DNA of 64,000 nucleotides from Candidatus Omnitrophota bacterium (GTDB lineage: Bacteria; Omnitrophota; Gorgyraeia; Gygaellales; Profunditerraquicolaceae): positions 387,244 to 451,243 of the forward strand of contig JBAZKC010000001.1 of assembly GCA_041651035.1 (NCBI GenBank), written 5' to 3'. The notes below the pieces were generated by a model. It saw nothing but the letters and a program-made list of their open reading frames with translations. It did no database searches and had not been told where the DNA came from. This document shows, one piece after another, positions 16,335-25,742 of this stretch. A program made the translations under genes and the position numbers. Numbering within the stretch: position 1 is the first letter of the stretch; each line of letters starts with the position of its first letter.

Positions 16335-17642
16335 TCATTGCCTTAAGGTCCTTATACGGCCGTAAAATAATCTTATTCCCCAGAGAATCATCCTGGGATT
16401 CAGCCTAAAGATATAAAAAGGATTTAAGTAATATTTAACAAATGCCCTGCGTATAAATTTATCTATTGTATTTGAATCAACCGTAAAGTTATTTTGATAA
16501 AACCAGGTACCCTTATAAGGCACTATCCTGTGAAACGAAACAAAATCGGGATTTACTTTTTTGACAAACTTAAGGATTCTTTCTCTGTCGCTATTTGTTT
16601 CATTGGGCAATCCAAAAAGGACAAAAGCAAGGATTTTTATACCAAACCGCCTGCACAGCTTTATTGCTTTATCTATCTTGTCCAGCGTAATATTCTTATT
16701 AAGATAATCCAATGATTCTTGTAAGCCTGTCTCTATCCCCGCGTGTATTATTTTACATCCGGCCGCTTTCATTTTCTCTAGAATTTCCGCGTCTAAAAGA
16801 TCCAGGCGGGTCTGGCAGGTCCATCTAAACCTATACTGTTTCTTGATAAGGTATTCGCAAAGTCCTTCTACGATCGGGCGGTTTGCGAGAAAATCCAAAT
16901 CTATGAAGTAACCCGTCCTTACATTATGTTCCTCTATAGCCGTGGTAACCTCCTGTAATACTTGTTCTTTAGATTTAACCCTTAATCCTTCCGCGTACAT
17001 GACTTTATTACAAAATCTGCACGTAAATTTGCAACCCCTGGCTGTTTCAAAAAGCGAGAAATTCCCTCCCAATATTTCATAAAAATATCTTGAGAAATCT
17101 AATAAATGATAGGCGGGAACAGGTAATTTTCTTAAATCTAATAATCCTCCCTGCGGAGTATTAATTATCTTGCCGCCTTCCTTAAACGTTATACTTTTTA
17201 TTTTTGACAAATCGCCCCCCCGGCAGATCTCAAGAACTGGATATTCAGGCTCGCCCCTTATTATTGCTTTTACTTTTGTTAAATCCATGATTCTTTCTGG
17301 CTCAATTGTCCCATGGTAGCCCATTATGTAAACTTCATCGTTTGATTGCCTTACATAATGAACCGTTTCTAGAAAAAACGAGGTGTCAATATTGGGGCAC
17401 TGCCATTTATCTAAAGAAGACGATGTAATAAATATTTTGTTGTAGCCCTTCCCTAAGAAACTGTTTATTTTATTCGGCGCAATACGCCTGGCATGGGCAT
17501 CAAGAATAGTTACCCTATGCCCCTCTTTTTCCAGGAGGGCTGCGCAATTAAGTAAGCAAAGCGGCGGCCAAATACGATTATAAGCGTATTCGCCCTTACT
17601 ATACGGGTATTGCCAATAGGGGTTAATCAAAAGGATATGCAT
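16335..17642 (-). CDS. B12-binding radical SAM protein (class B rSAM)
   Basis: 435 aa. N-terminal Rossmann-like cobalamin-binding region then radical SAM core with CKFTCRFC (CxxxCxxC). Confidence 0.75.
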   Translation of the reverse strand: MHILLINPYWQYPYSKGEYAYNRIWPPLCLLNCAALLEKEGHRVTILDAHARRIAPNKINSFLGKGYNKIFITSSSLDKWQCPNIDTSFFLETVHYVRQSNDEVYIMGYHGTIEPERIMDLTKVKAIIRGEPEYPVLEICRGGDLSKIKSITFKEGGKIINTPQGGLLDLRKLPVPAYHLLDFSRYFYEILGGNFSLFETARGCKFTCRFCNKVMYAEGLRVKSKEQVLQEVTTAIEEHNVRTGYFIDLDFLANRPIVEGLCEYLIKKQYRFRWTCQTRLDLLDAEILEKMKAAGCKIIHAGIETGLQESLDYLNKNITLDKIDKAIKLCRRFGIKILAFVLFGLPNETNSDRERILKFVKKVNPDFVSFHRIVPYKGTWFYQNNFTVDSNTIDKFIRRAFVKYYLNPFYIFRLNPRMILWGIRLFYGRIRTLRQ

Positions 17643-17644
17643 AT

Positions 17645-18541
17645 TTAATATTGCTCCTCAATGAACCCGGATGGATCTTGAGGAATCTTATTAATATTGA
17701 GCGCTCTAAAAGCAGTTAAGAAAAAAATGATCCCCAGGCTAATAAATAACAGACTAAAAATAAAATGATTACGGATTGAAAATAATAACCCTGAAAGAAA
17801 TACAAAAACCCCCGTAAATAAGAAAATGACAATGCCCCTTCTTGATATGAATGCGAGTTCCAAAGCTAGAAGATCAAAAAGCGCTTTAAAAATTCTTGCC
17901 ACTTTATAGTTAGAATAACCGAATACGCGCTGACGATGCCTGATTTCAATTTCGCACATAGAAAACCCCATTTTATCAGCAATAACCGGTATAAATCTAT
18001 GCGCGCCATTAAACAGCTTAGTGCTAATCTTTTTGGCAGGCTCATTTCTGTAGGCTTTAAAAGTACAGCCAAAATCATGCAATTTTATACCGGTTATTCC
18101 TGAAAGGAAGGCATTGCCGAAATATGAAGGCAGCACCTTAGTTAAAAAATTATCTTTCCTGGATCTTCTCCATCCACAAACAATATCATGATTGTCCATA
18201 ATCTTTTCTAGGAATCCAGGAATATCTTTCGGATCATTCTGAAGATCACCATCCAGCGTTATTATGATACTGCCTTTGCTTAACTTAAAACCCATTGATA
18301 TCGCGATTGACTGGCCATATTTCTGTTTAAACTTAACCAGTTTGAAATTATTAAATCCGTTTCTTAACGCGCGTAGTGTGCCGAAGGTATTATCTTTACT
18401 ACCGTCATCTATAAAAATAAGTTCGTAGCTTAAATCCATCCGGGATAAAACCTCTCTTAATTCTAAACAAAGAATCTCCAAGCTCGCTTCTTCATTACGC
18501 AGGGGAATAATAATTGACAGGTCTATCTTTTTATTTACCAT
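17645..18541 (-). CDS. membrane-anchored GT2 polyprenyl-phosphate glycosyltransferase (DPM1/GtrB/ArnC-like)
   Basis: 298 aa. GT-A domain (LSIIIPLRNEEASL...IFIDDGSKDNT...DGDLQNDP) plus two C-terminal TM helices, the classic GtrB/ArnC layout. Confidence 0.7.
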   Translation of the reverse strand: MVNKKIDLSIIIPLRNEEASLEILCLELREVLSRMDLSYELIFIDDGSKDNTFGTLRALRNGFNNFKLVKFKQKYGQSIAISMGFKLSKGSIIITLDGDLQNDPKDIPGFLEKIMDNHDIVCGWRRSRKDNFLTKVLPSYFGNAFLSGITGIKLHDFGCTFKAYRNEPAKKISTKLFNGAHRFIPVIADKMGFSMCEIEIRHRQRVFGYSNYKVARIFKALFDLLALELAFISRRGIVIFLFTGVFVFLSGLLFSIRNHFIFSLLFISLGIIFFLTAFRALNINKIPQDPSGFIEEQY

Positions 18542-18569
18542 AATCTAATCCGGATATTATCTTAATATA

Positions 18570-19655
18570 CTAAAAAGGCAAATTTTGCAATATAGTTATA
18601 TAGGCATCATTGGGATCCCAGCAAGCCGGGCATTCTTTTTGTTTTATCGCTTGCCTGACCCTCTGAGTAGTTGCTCCTTTTAATATCTTGTCCAATTCAA
18701 AATTGTTATCTTTAAGGGAACCCAATATCACCGGCCACATAATGCAGGGTAAAACATTTCCATAAGGGTCGATGCCTACACTGGACCAGGAACTATAACA
18801 TGGCAAAACCTGCTTAGGGGGGCTCTTAAAATATCTCCTGGATAGCCTGATGTAGATTTTTTGTATTAACCAGCGCGGATCCCAGCAGGGAATTGCTTTA
18901 TCGATTAGTTTAAGGGTTTCTAAAATCTTTGGACGGGGAATACAGGAGGCCGCGAGATTGCTTGTTTTGTCGTAATTAAAATGGCCCGATTCTAAAACAA
19001 AACTGGTCATAAATTTTATTTTTTCTTCCCTGGCCTGTTTTAGAAAAGATCCGGCCTCTTCTATATTTTCTGAACTAATGGTCATATTTTTTAAGATTTC
19101 TAAATTCCTGTAGCGCGACTTAAGATCTGAAAGAGCCTTTATGGTTCTAACCACTTTTGCGTAGCTGCCGTTTACCCCTCTGGAATAATCGTGGGCCTGC
19201 TCGCTTCCGTCGCAACTAATGGATACCTGCAGCTTGATATTCTTTCTTACGGACTTTAAAATACTGGCAGTGGAATCGCGTACCTGTTCTGGCAATGTCC
19301 CGTTGGTATTTATATTTATAGCGAATAGACTCTTACAGTGCTTTGAAGCCAAAATTATAAGGTCTTTTAAGTCCTCTCTTAAAAATGGCTCGCCTCCGGA
19401 AATTGATAAAATAGACAGGTTCTTCCCAAGTTTATATAATAGCCTCTCCCAACAGGAAATGCTAAGCTCTTCTTTCCTTTTTAAAGGGTTAGATTGATAA
19501 ATTTTCCAAATGCCGCAGTGCTTACAGCGGCAATTGCATGCATGGGTCAGAAAAATCTTTATCCTGTAGGGCAGCCGGAAAGGCTTATTTAAAGACCTGT
19601 CCAATTTAGAGGCCAAAATATTACCACAAAGCAAAAGGCATCTTTTGATATCCAT
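18570..19655 (-). CDS. radical SAM protein with C-terminal SPASM/twitch-type Cys-rich domain
   Basis: 361 aa. CNCRCKHC (CxxxCxxC) near the N-terminus, GGEP glycine motif, and C-terminal auxiliary-cluster cysteines (CYSSWSS...CIMWP...CPACWDP). Confidence 0.7.
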   Translation of the reverse strand: MDIKRCLLLCGNILASKLDRSLNKPFRLPYRIKIFLTHACNCRCKHCGIWKIYQSNPLKRKEELSISCWERLLYKLGKNLSILSISGGEPFLREDLKDLIILASKHCKSLFAININTNGTLPEQVRDSTASILKSVRKNIKLQVSISCDGSEQAHDYSRGVNGSYAKVVRTIKALSDLKSRYRNLEILKNMTISSENIEEAGSFLKQAREEKIKFMTSFVLESGHFNYDKTSNLAASCIPRPKILETLKLIDKAIPCWDPRWLIQKIYIRLSRRYFKSPPKQVLPCYSSWSSVGIDPYGNVLPCIMWPVILGSLKDNNFELDKILKGATTQRVRQAIKQKECPACWDPNDAYITILQNLPF

Positions 19656-19666
19656 ATTTTATTTCT

Positions 19667-21454
19667 CTAGCCCAACGCATATCTTATCAAGAAAATAAAT
19701 GTAAGAGCGCTGATCGCTAACCCTGCGTAAAAAGATACCGGCGCATATCTAAATTTCACGTTATAGATACCTGTTTTTTTAAGCCCGACTGAAATTAAAC
19801 CGTTAAAATTACTTACTAATCCGTGATCGCATCTCCATCCCCGGTAGTAGCTTTGATTCAGCAGTAAAATGTCTGGCTGCTTTATATTTACCCTGACAGT
19901 AAATTCATTAATCCCGAATTTGACTTCTTCAACACTATTTATTTCTTTCAAAAAATAAGACTCCCCTCGATAGTCATTGTTTAAGATCCCGCTTGCGTCG
20001 GGTAAAAGAGTGGTCTTTGCAGCCGCATTTTCAGGAAGACGCAAGTCTGTTTCCCAGTTTATTGTCCCTACCCCCCGGAAAGTATTTATATATTGCTGGT
20101 ATTCAGGCCAGGGCTCCTTTCCCTTAGCCAGGTTAACCTGATAAAAATTATCCGCCTGGACCAGATTCGAAGGTTCTTTAAAAGATATTCCCTTAAACCA
20201 GTTTCTGTGCAGGAAATAAATATGGAAAATAAAAACCAGGCAAATCGCGTAGATGGGAACCTTTAACAAAAGAGAATATTTTTTTCTTATTACATTAAAG
20301 AAACCCGCGCTGATCAGACAGATCAAAAAGAGCACTACGGGAAAATAATACGCCTTAGGGTCGCCCATAGAGTGAAAAATAGGGGCGCCCCAAATGACCT
20401 TGTTTAAATCTAATGGGCTGTTCGGCCCTAATGACAAAACCAAAAAAATAATTAAAATAAAAAATAATTTAATTACCGGGTTTTTCCGGTTAAAGACCAC
20501 GCTGAATGCAGCCAAAATAACCGGAATAAAACCTATATAATAATAGTTGGGGCTTAGAATATTCTTCTCTGCGGAAGGGATAAAAAGCATTTGCCGTATC
20601 TGGTTGAAAGCCAATGCATTATTAAATACGTTTTGATAATCGGCAGCCCGGTTGTTTACATTGAACAGTTCCCATACCGGTAATATTTTAAGCATGGACA
20701 TTAAAATAGAAAAAATAAATAAAAAGCAGCATCTCTTCAGAGTAGAAATATTAATTCTTCCTGTTTTTATGCTTGATCCCAAAGAATCAATAATTGAAAA
20801 AAGTAATATAAATAAGTAAATTACTGCCCCCTTTAGCGAACCTCTCAATAATATTAAAGAGGCTAAGAAAACAGCTAACACAAATAACTTCTTATTTTCT
20901 TTTGATTTGATGAACAAAGCGAGTAATAAAGGAAGGTAGAAAAAATGCATGGATGTAAAAAGGCCCCCCTCTATGATATTTATGCTATACCCGCCAAAAA
21001 CAAATATTGCTGAAGAGAAAAAACTGCCGAATTTACTAAAACCCAGAACTTTATTAGCCAGATAAAACATTCCCAAGGCGCCAATTAACATATATATGAA
21101 TACCAATACCCTTAGGCCTTCCCAAGTCCCAAAAGTTAAGAAAAGAAAAACCCAGGGAGTAACAGCACTACCTTCAGGATAGGAAATAATAGGATACCCT
21201 CCTCCAAAAAATGGGCACCACAAAGGAAAGGCATGGAACTCCTTAATTGATTTTACGGTGGATAATTCCCAGGCCGCATGTTCTAACCAGTCCTCTTCCA
21301 TATGAATTTTATGGATATTGCCCACTAACGGCCAAAGGAATGTAATTACTAAAATTATCAATACGGCTAAGGCAACATAATTTAAAACGCGTGGCCTTTT
21401 TTCTGATCGCATAATAATATAGAATTTATGTAAGGCTGTTGACGGCATGGGCAA
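19667..21454 (-). CDS. large polytopic membrane protein, YfhO-like putative GT-C glycosyltransferase
   Basis: 595 aa with more than 10 TM helices and a C-terminal soluble domain. N-terminal block FHAFPLWCPFFGGGYP and C-terminal YYRGW..DHG block resemble the YfhO/GT-C layout. Paralog of 32897..34657. Confidence 0.45.
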   Translation of the reverse strand: MPMPSTALHKFYIIMRSEKRPRVLNYVALAVLIILVITFLWPLVGNIHKIHMEEDWLEHAAWELSTVKSIKEFHAFPLWCPFFGGGYPIISYPEGSAVTPWVFLFLTFGTWEGLRVLVFIYMLIGALGMFYLANKVLGFSKFGSFFSSAIFVFGGYSINIIEGGLFTSMHFFYLPLLLALFIKSKENKKLFVLAVFLASLILLRGSLKGAVIYLFILLFSIIDSLGSSIKTGRINISTLKRCCFLFIFSILMSMLKILPVWELFNVNNRAADYQNVFNNALAFNQIRQMLFIPSAEKNILSPNYYYIGFIPVILAAFSVVFNRKNPVIKLFFILIIFLVLSLGPNSPLDLNKVIWGAPIFHSMGDPKAYYFPVVLFLICLISAGFFNVIRKKYSLLLKVPIYAICLVFIFHIYFLHRNWFKGISFKEPSNLVQADNFYQVNLAKGKEPWPEYQQYINTFRGVGTINWETDLRLPENAAAKTTLLPDASGILNNDYRGESYFLKEINSVEEVKFGINEFTVRVNIKQPDILLLNQSYYRGWRCDHGLVSNFNGLISVGLKKTGIYNVKFRYAPVSFYAGLAISALTFIFLIRYALG

Positions 21455-22625
21455 TTATAGTTATTTCCTTGCTACTTAGATCATCGTACATGGGTATCTG
21501 CAGGGCGCATTTGAATACTTGTTCTGTTACAGGGCACGGATAATCATCAATCAAGGTTCCTGAGCAATTATTAGTTATTTCGTCTTCTATCCCGATATCA
21601 ATTCCGTAGCGCAGCATCTTGATCCTTGCCTTATCGGCGTATTTAACAGGCAATCTTAAAATATAATAATAATACACCCTTTTACCTATGGATCTGTCTC
21701 TTTGCGGATAGACATCGGCCTTAAGGCGCCTGGTTATCTCATCTGCGATGTGTTGTCTTTTTGTATTTCTCTGCTCTAAATATTCTAATTGCCTTAATCC
21801 TAATAAAGCCTGTAATTCAGTAAAGCGTAAATAGCCGATCTTGCTTTTAAGCCGCAGGGAAAAATAGATCTTTTTTGCTACCCATTCTACAGGCTTGAAT
21901 CTTAAAAAGAAAAGCAATATAGGATAGGCCGGCGACTTAGTGAAAAGATGCTCTAAGTAAGTAAACAGGGCCTTAACCATAACTTTATTTTTATCAGTCC
22001 GGTATTTATTCAGCTTTTGTCTAATTTTACAGGCTAATTCTTCGTTATCCGTTGTGACCATCCCTCCGTCAAAGGTATTGATGAGCTTTGTGGACTCAAA
22101 ACTGAAGAATCCCGCTTCCCCTAAAGAGCCTACCTTTTTTCCTCCATATTCCGCTCCGCAGGCATGAGCACAGTCCTCGATTACTTTTAAATTATATTTT
22201 CTTGCGATATTTGATATTTTACCCATATTGCACGGGAGCCCAAAGATATGCGTTGCGACAATAACTTTTGTTTTTTCTGTAATTCTGCCTTCTATTAAAT
22301 CCGGATTTATATTAAATGAGTCCCCGTCTATATCAATTAATTTTGCCTTTAACCCCTTATCCGCTATCAAATAAATTAAATTTTTTAAAGTATAAGCGGG
22401 CATGATAATTTCATCTCCGCTATTTAACCCCAGTGAATCTAAAATTAAGCCGAAACCATTCCTGCCTGAACAGGTAGCAACCGCAAATTTGACTCCGACA
22501 TATTGCGCGAATTTCTTCTCAAATAGTTTGACATGGCGCTCTTCTTTGTTTTCCTTAGAAAAATACATCGCCAATATGTCTTTTATTTCCCCTTTATAGA
22601 AACGGCGTATCCTGCGCTTAATCAT
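21426..22625 (-). CDS. DegT/DnrJ/EryC1/StrS-family PLP-dependent sugar aminotransferase
   Basis: 399 aa. Conserved blocks DEIIMPAYT, ATHIFGLPCNM, KVIEDCAHACGAEYGGKKVGSLGEAGFFSF..TKLINT (Schiff-base Lys region). Confidence 0.75.
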   Translation of the reverse strand: MIKRRIRRFYKGEIKDILAMYFSKENKEERHVKLFEKKFAQYVGVKFAVATCSGRNGFGLILDSLGLNSGDEIIMPAYTLKNLIYLIADKGLKAKLIDIDGDSFNINPDLIEGRITEKTKVIVATHIFGLPCNMGKISNIARKYNLKVIEDCAHACGAEYGGKKVGSLGEAGFFSFESTKLINTFDGGMVTTDNEELACKIRQKLNKYRTDKNKVMVKALFTYLEHLFTKSPAYPILLFFLRFKPVEWVAKKIYFSLRLKSKIGYLRFTELQALLGLRQLEYLEQRNTKRQHIADEITRRLKADVYPQRDRSIGKRVYYYYILRLPVKYADKARIKMLRYGIDIGIEDEITNNCSGTLIDDYPCPVTEQVFKCALQIPMYDDLSSKEITIIAHAVNSLT

Positions 22626-22644
22626 AACCTATATATACATCCTA

Positions 22645-23817
22645 TTATAATTTCTCGCACCTGCTACAACCAGGCATATTTATTTCTTTCTTTAAAATAC
22701 GCCTGAAACCCCTGAATTTTTCATTATTCCAAATGCCCTGTATCGTATCCTGATGTATATTCCCCATGCTGACCATAAAACGCGCGCAGGGATAAACTTC
22801 TCCCCGCGGGGAAATCCTAATGACGTTCCAAGGGAAAAAGCATCTTCTTTGGCAATTAAAGCCATCCTCAGACCAAAGGCTTATTTCTTTTTCACTTAAA
22901 TCCGGTTTTAATAACAGTTTCACCTTTTTTCTATTCGCGTATTCTCTTATTTTGCCTAACTCTTCTGACAGGCTTTTTGGATATTTGTTACCGGGCTCAT
23001 AAGAATACGCCTGATACCCGCAGCTTACCTGCGGGAACATTCTTTTAAAATTATCTTCATAGGCGCTTAATTCTTCTTTTCTAAAAAACCTGATGAATTC
23101 TAAACTCATACAGTCAACTCTTAAATTATTTGCTATGTCAACAAGGCCAAGTAAATGTTTAATGTTTTCATCCAATATTACTGTATTTATTATCAGCCTT
23201 GGCCTGATCTTCGGCGGCTTTCCTGATAAATATCTAATATTACTGTAAACCTTTTCAAAAGTTCCTCTTCCTCTGGAAGAATCATGAATGTCTTTCGGCC
23301 CATCCAAAGAAAAGAATATATAATCTAATTTTAATCTAACCAGCTCGTCTGATATAGCTTCATTCAATAATGTCCCATTAGTAAATAATCCACATTTGAA
23401 ATTTCTCCCTTTTATAAGCCCTATGATATCTAACAAATCCTTTGCTAACAACGGCTCGCCTCCTGTCAGAAAAAAGGTTGGGTCATTTTTATCAACATAT
23501 CCCAGCAGCTTCCGCACATCACTTGATTTTAAATACTGCCCGCTATTAGCACTATTGTTGTTTATCGTAGATCTTAAATAACAGTACCCGCAAGAAAGAT
23601 TGCAATTATAATTTAAATCCAGGGTAATGTTGACAGGAAAGGGCGCGCGTCCTTTACTAAAAATATATAAAAATAAGAAGCCGGGCAGATGGGATAAGAA
23701 TTGTTTTAATGAGACCGCTTTAATAATATATATGTTATAAAATTGCCGGTTTATCTTCTTAAGTATATCTTTAAATAAATTCATAATCCCCCGTAAAGGA
23801 ATAACTTGTCTTCCCAA
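22645..23817 (-). CDS. radical SAM protein with SPASM domain
   Basis: 390 aa. CNLSCGYC (CxxxCxxC), GGEP motif, C-terminal Cys cluster (CQRRCFFPW...YPCARF...GCSRCEKL). Confidence 0.7.
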   Translation of the reverse strand: MGRQVIPLRGIMNLFKDILKKINRQFYNIYIIKAVSLKQFLSHLPGFLFLYIFSKGRAPFPVNITLDLNYNCNLSCGYCYLRSTINNNSANSGQYLKSSDVRKLLGYVDKNDPTFFLTGGEPLLAKDLLDIIGLIKGRNFKCGLFTNGTLLNEAISDELVRLKLDYIFFSLDGPKDIHDSSRGRGTFEKVYSNIRYLSGKPPKIRPRLIINTVILDENIKHLLGLVDIANNLRVDCMSLEFIRFFRKEELSAYEDNFKRMFPQVSCGYQAYSYEPGNKYPKSLSEELGKIREYANRKKVKLLLKPDLSEKEISLWSEDGFNCQRRCFFPWNVIRISPRGEVYPCARFMVSMGNIHQDTIQGIWNNEKFRGFRRILKKEINMPGCSRCEKL

Positions 23818-25742
23818 TAATTCCGCCTTAACGTAGTATGTATAATATTTTCTGCCTTCTCGTCGTAATCTCTGGCGAGCTTACTATCGCCTTTTAAAGC
23901 GTATATCTGGCTAAGATATTTATAAGCCAGAGGAGAATCGGGATTTATCTTAATCGCCTTAGTAAGAAGCATTTCGGCCTTACCCAGTTCATTCTTATAT
24001 AAGGATATCCGTGCCAGGTCGACAATCCCTTGCACAAAACCCGGATTTGAATTTATTGCCTCGCTTATTTCGGATTCGGATTTTTGTAAATCTCCTTTTG
24101 AAATATAAATTATACCCGAGTAGTAATGAAACAAAGCCGGGCTAAAATTCTCTACTTTGGCTTCTCTAAGTTCTTTTCTTGCCAGATCGGGAACCTTATT
24201 CTTTAGGAAGCCTAAACTTTTGTTTAGATGGCCCATGCTTTCGTAGAATGGAGATTTTCGATCATTATAAGATAATATTGACTCTAAAGTTTTTGCATAA
24301 AACGGATCAAGTTCTAATGACCTTATCCATGTCTTTTCGGCCGCTTTCTTGAAGCCGGACCTATAAATACCTTCTGCCAGATAATTATGGATTCTTACTT
24401 CATTTGGGCATATGTCCAAGGCGACATAGCATCGCGCCATTGCTTTTTTGTAATCAGGGTATATATTCATCCTCTCTAAAGACCCCTTTAAAAACTTATC
24501 CTGGTATCCTTTATTTAGATACAGCTCTATGAAATAAGCATCATAATCAACAAAAGTAGCAAAACGATGGGGTGGATAGGTTGTTTTATCAGGCAAAGCA
24601 AAGACTATCGCCTCACAAAAAATAATAGTAAGTATTATATATATAAGATACCTAATAACATACCTTGATTTTTTAGCTAATTCATGAAACATCATTGCTG
24701 TTAAGATAATCGCGGGCATGAAACTTAATTTTGACCAATATGCTTCACCCCAGATAAAACTATTTGTCTTAATGAAAGTAAAGATCATTATCTGTGTTCC
24801 GGCAAGTAAAAATAATAATCTCACAAAATATCCTTTTAGGTTCTTAAGAGAATAAATTATGCCTATAAATAAAACTACCCCGCTTAAGGGGCTCATCAAA
24901 GGCGCATCACAATTTACCGTCATACGGTAATCTAAATGTAATATCCGGCTCACGGGTTCTATCAAAAAGAAATTGACTCCCGTAAAAGTCGGAAGGAAAC
25001 TCAATTGGACATACCCGGGCTGAGTAAAGTATTCCAATGAGGTCCCTTTGGTTTTTATAAGGATTAAATGGCTGGCTACAAAAATTATAAATACAAAATA
25101 ACTGAAAGCGATCTCTTTGCTGGATGCCCATTTTCTGTATGGAGGCGCGGTTAAAAGGAATAAGTAGAATACGGGGACAAAAACAACCGCTTGCTCCTGG
25201 GCCATATATGATAGGATCCAAATCAAACCCAAAAACCAAAGCATGCTTCTTTTATAATTAACGCCTTCCCAAAAAACATAGATAGATAATGTAGACAGCA
25301 ACAAAATGATACCGGTATTATCAGCTATGCCGGAATAGGCAATATGGAATTGATTAAATGCCAGGAGGATTAAAGCGTATATGGCAATGCTTCTTGAAGA
25401 TTTCGCGAGGAATTTATAGATAAGGATCAGATTTAGAAAACCCAATACAACAAAAAAGAATCTTATGCCCAACGCGTTTTCTCCGAATAATTTCATACCT
25501 AACAAAACAGGTAAATCGGTAAGAATAATGTGGTTATCAAGTACATTCTCTAAAGGAAAAAAGAACCTCTCTAAAGATAAAGAGATACTTTTAACAAAAA
25601 TTACATGCGCCTCTTCTACCCCCAAAATAGGTAAATATGTCAACGAAAATGACAGCCTAAGAAAAAAACCAATAAACAAAAGTAACGCGATACCGACTTT
25701 AATTTTATTATCGAACAATCTCTTCATAATATCAAATCTCAT
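23781..25742 (-). CDS. GT-C-fold (PMT/ArnT-like, GT39/GT83-type) membrane glycosyltransferase with C-terminal TPR repeats
   Basis: 653 aa. About 12 TM helices in the first ~400 aa, then four to five TPR-like repeats (AKTLESILSY..., ALFHYYSGIIYISKGDLQKSE..., AYKYLSQIYALKGDSKLARDY). Confidence 0.5.
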   Translation of the reverse strand: MRFDIMKRLFDNKIKVGIALLLFIGFFLRLSFSLTYLPILGVEEAHVIFVKSISLSLERFFFPLENVLDNHIILTDLPVLLGMKLFGENALGIRFFFVVLGFLNLILIYKFLAKSSRSIAIYALILLAFNQFHIAYSGIADNTGIILLLSTLSIYVFWEGVNYKRSMLWFLGLIWILSYMAQEQAVVFVPVFYLFLLTAPPYRKWASSKEIAFSYFVFIIFVASHLILIKTKGTSLEYFTQPGYVQLSFLPTFTGVNFFLIEPVSRILHLDYRMTVNCDAPLMSPLSGVVLFIGIIYSLKNLKGYFVRLLFLLAGTQIMIFTFIKTNSFIWGEAYWSKLSFMPAIILTAMMFHELAKKSRYVIRYLIYIILTIIFCEAIVFALPDKTTYPPHRFATFVDYDAYFIELYLNKGYQDKFLKGSLERMNIYPDYKKAMARCYVALDICPNEVRIHNYLAEGIYRSGFKKAAEKTWIRSLELDPFYAKTLESILSYNDRKSPFYESMGHLNKSLGFLKNKVPDLARKELREAKVENFSPALFHYYSGIIYISKGDLQKSESEISEAINSNPGFVQGIVDLARISLYKNELGKAEMLLTKAIKINPDSPLAYKYLSQIYALKGDSKLARDYDEKAENIIHTTLRRNYWEDKLFLYGGL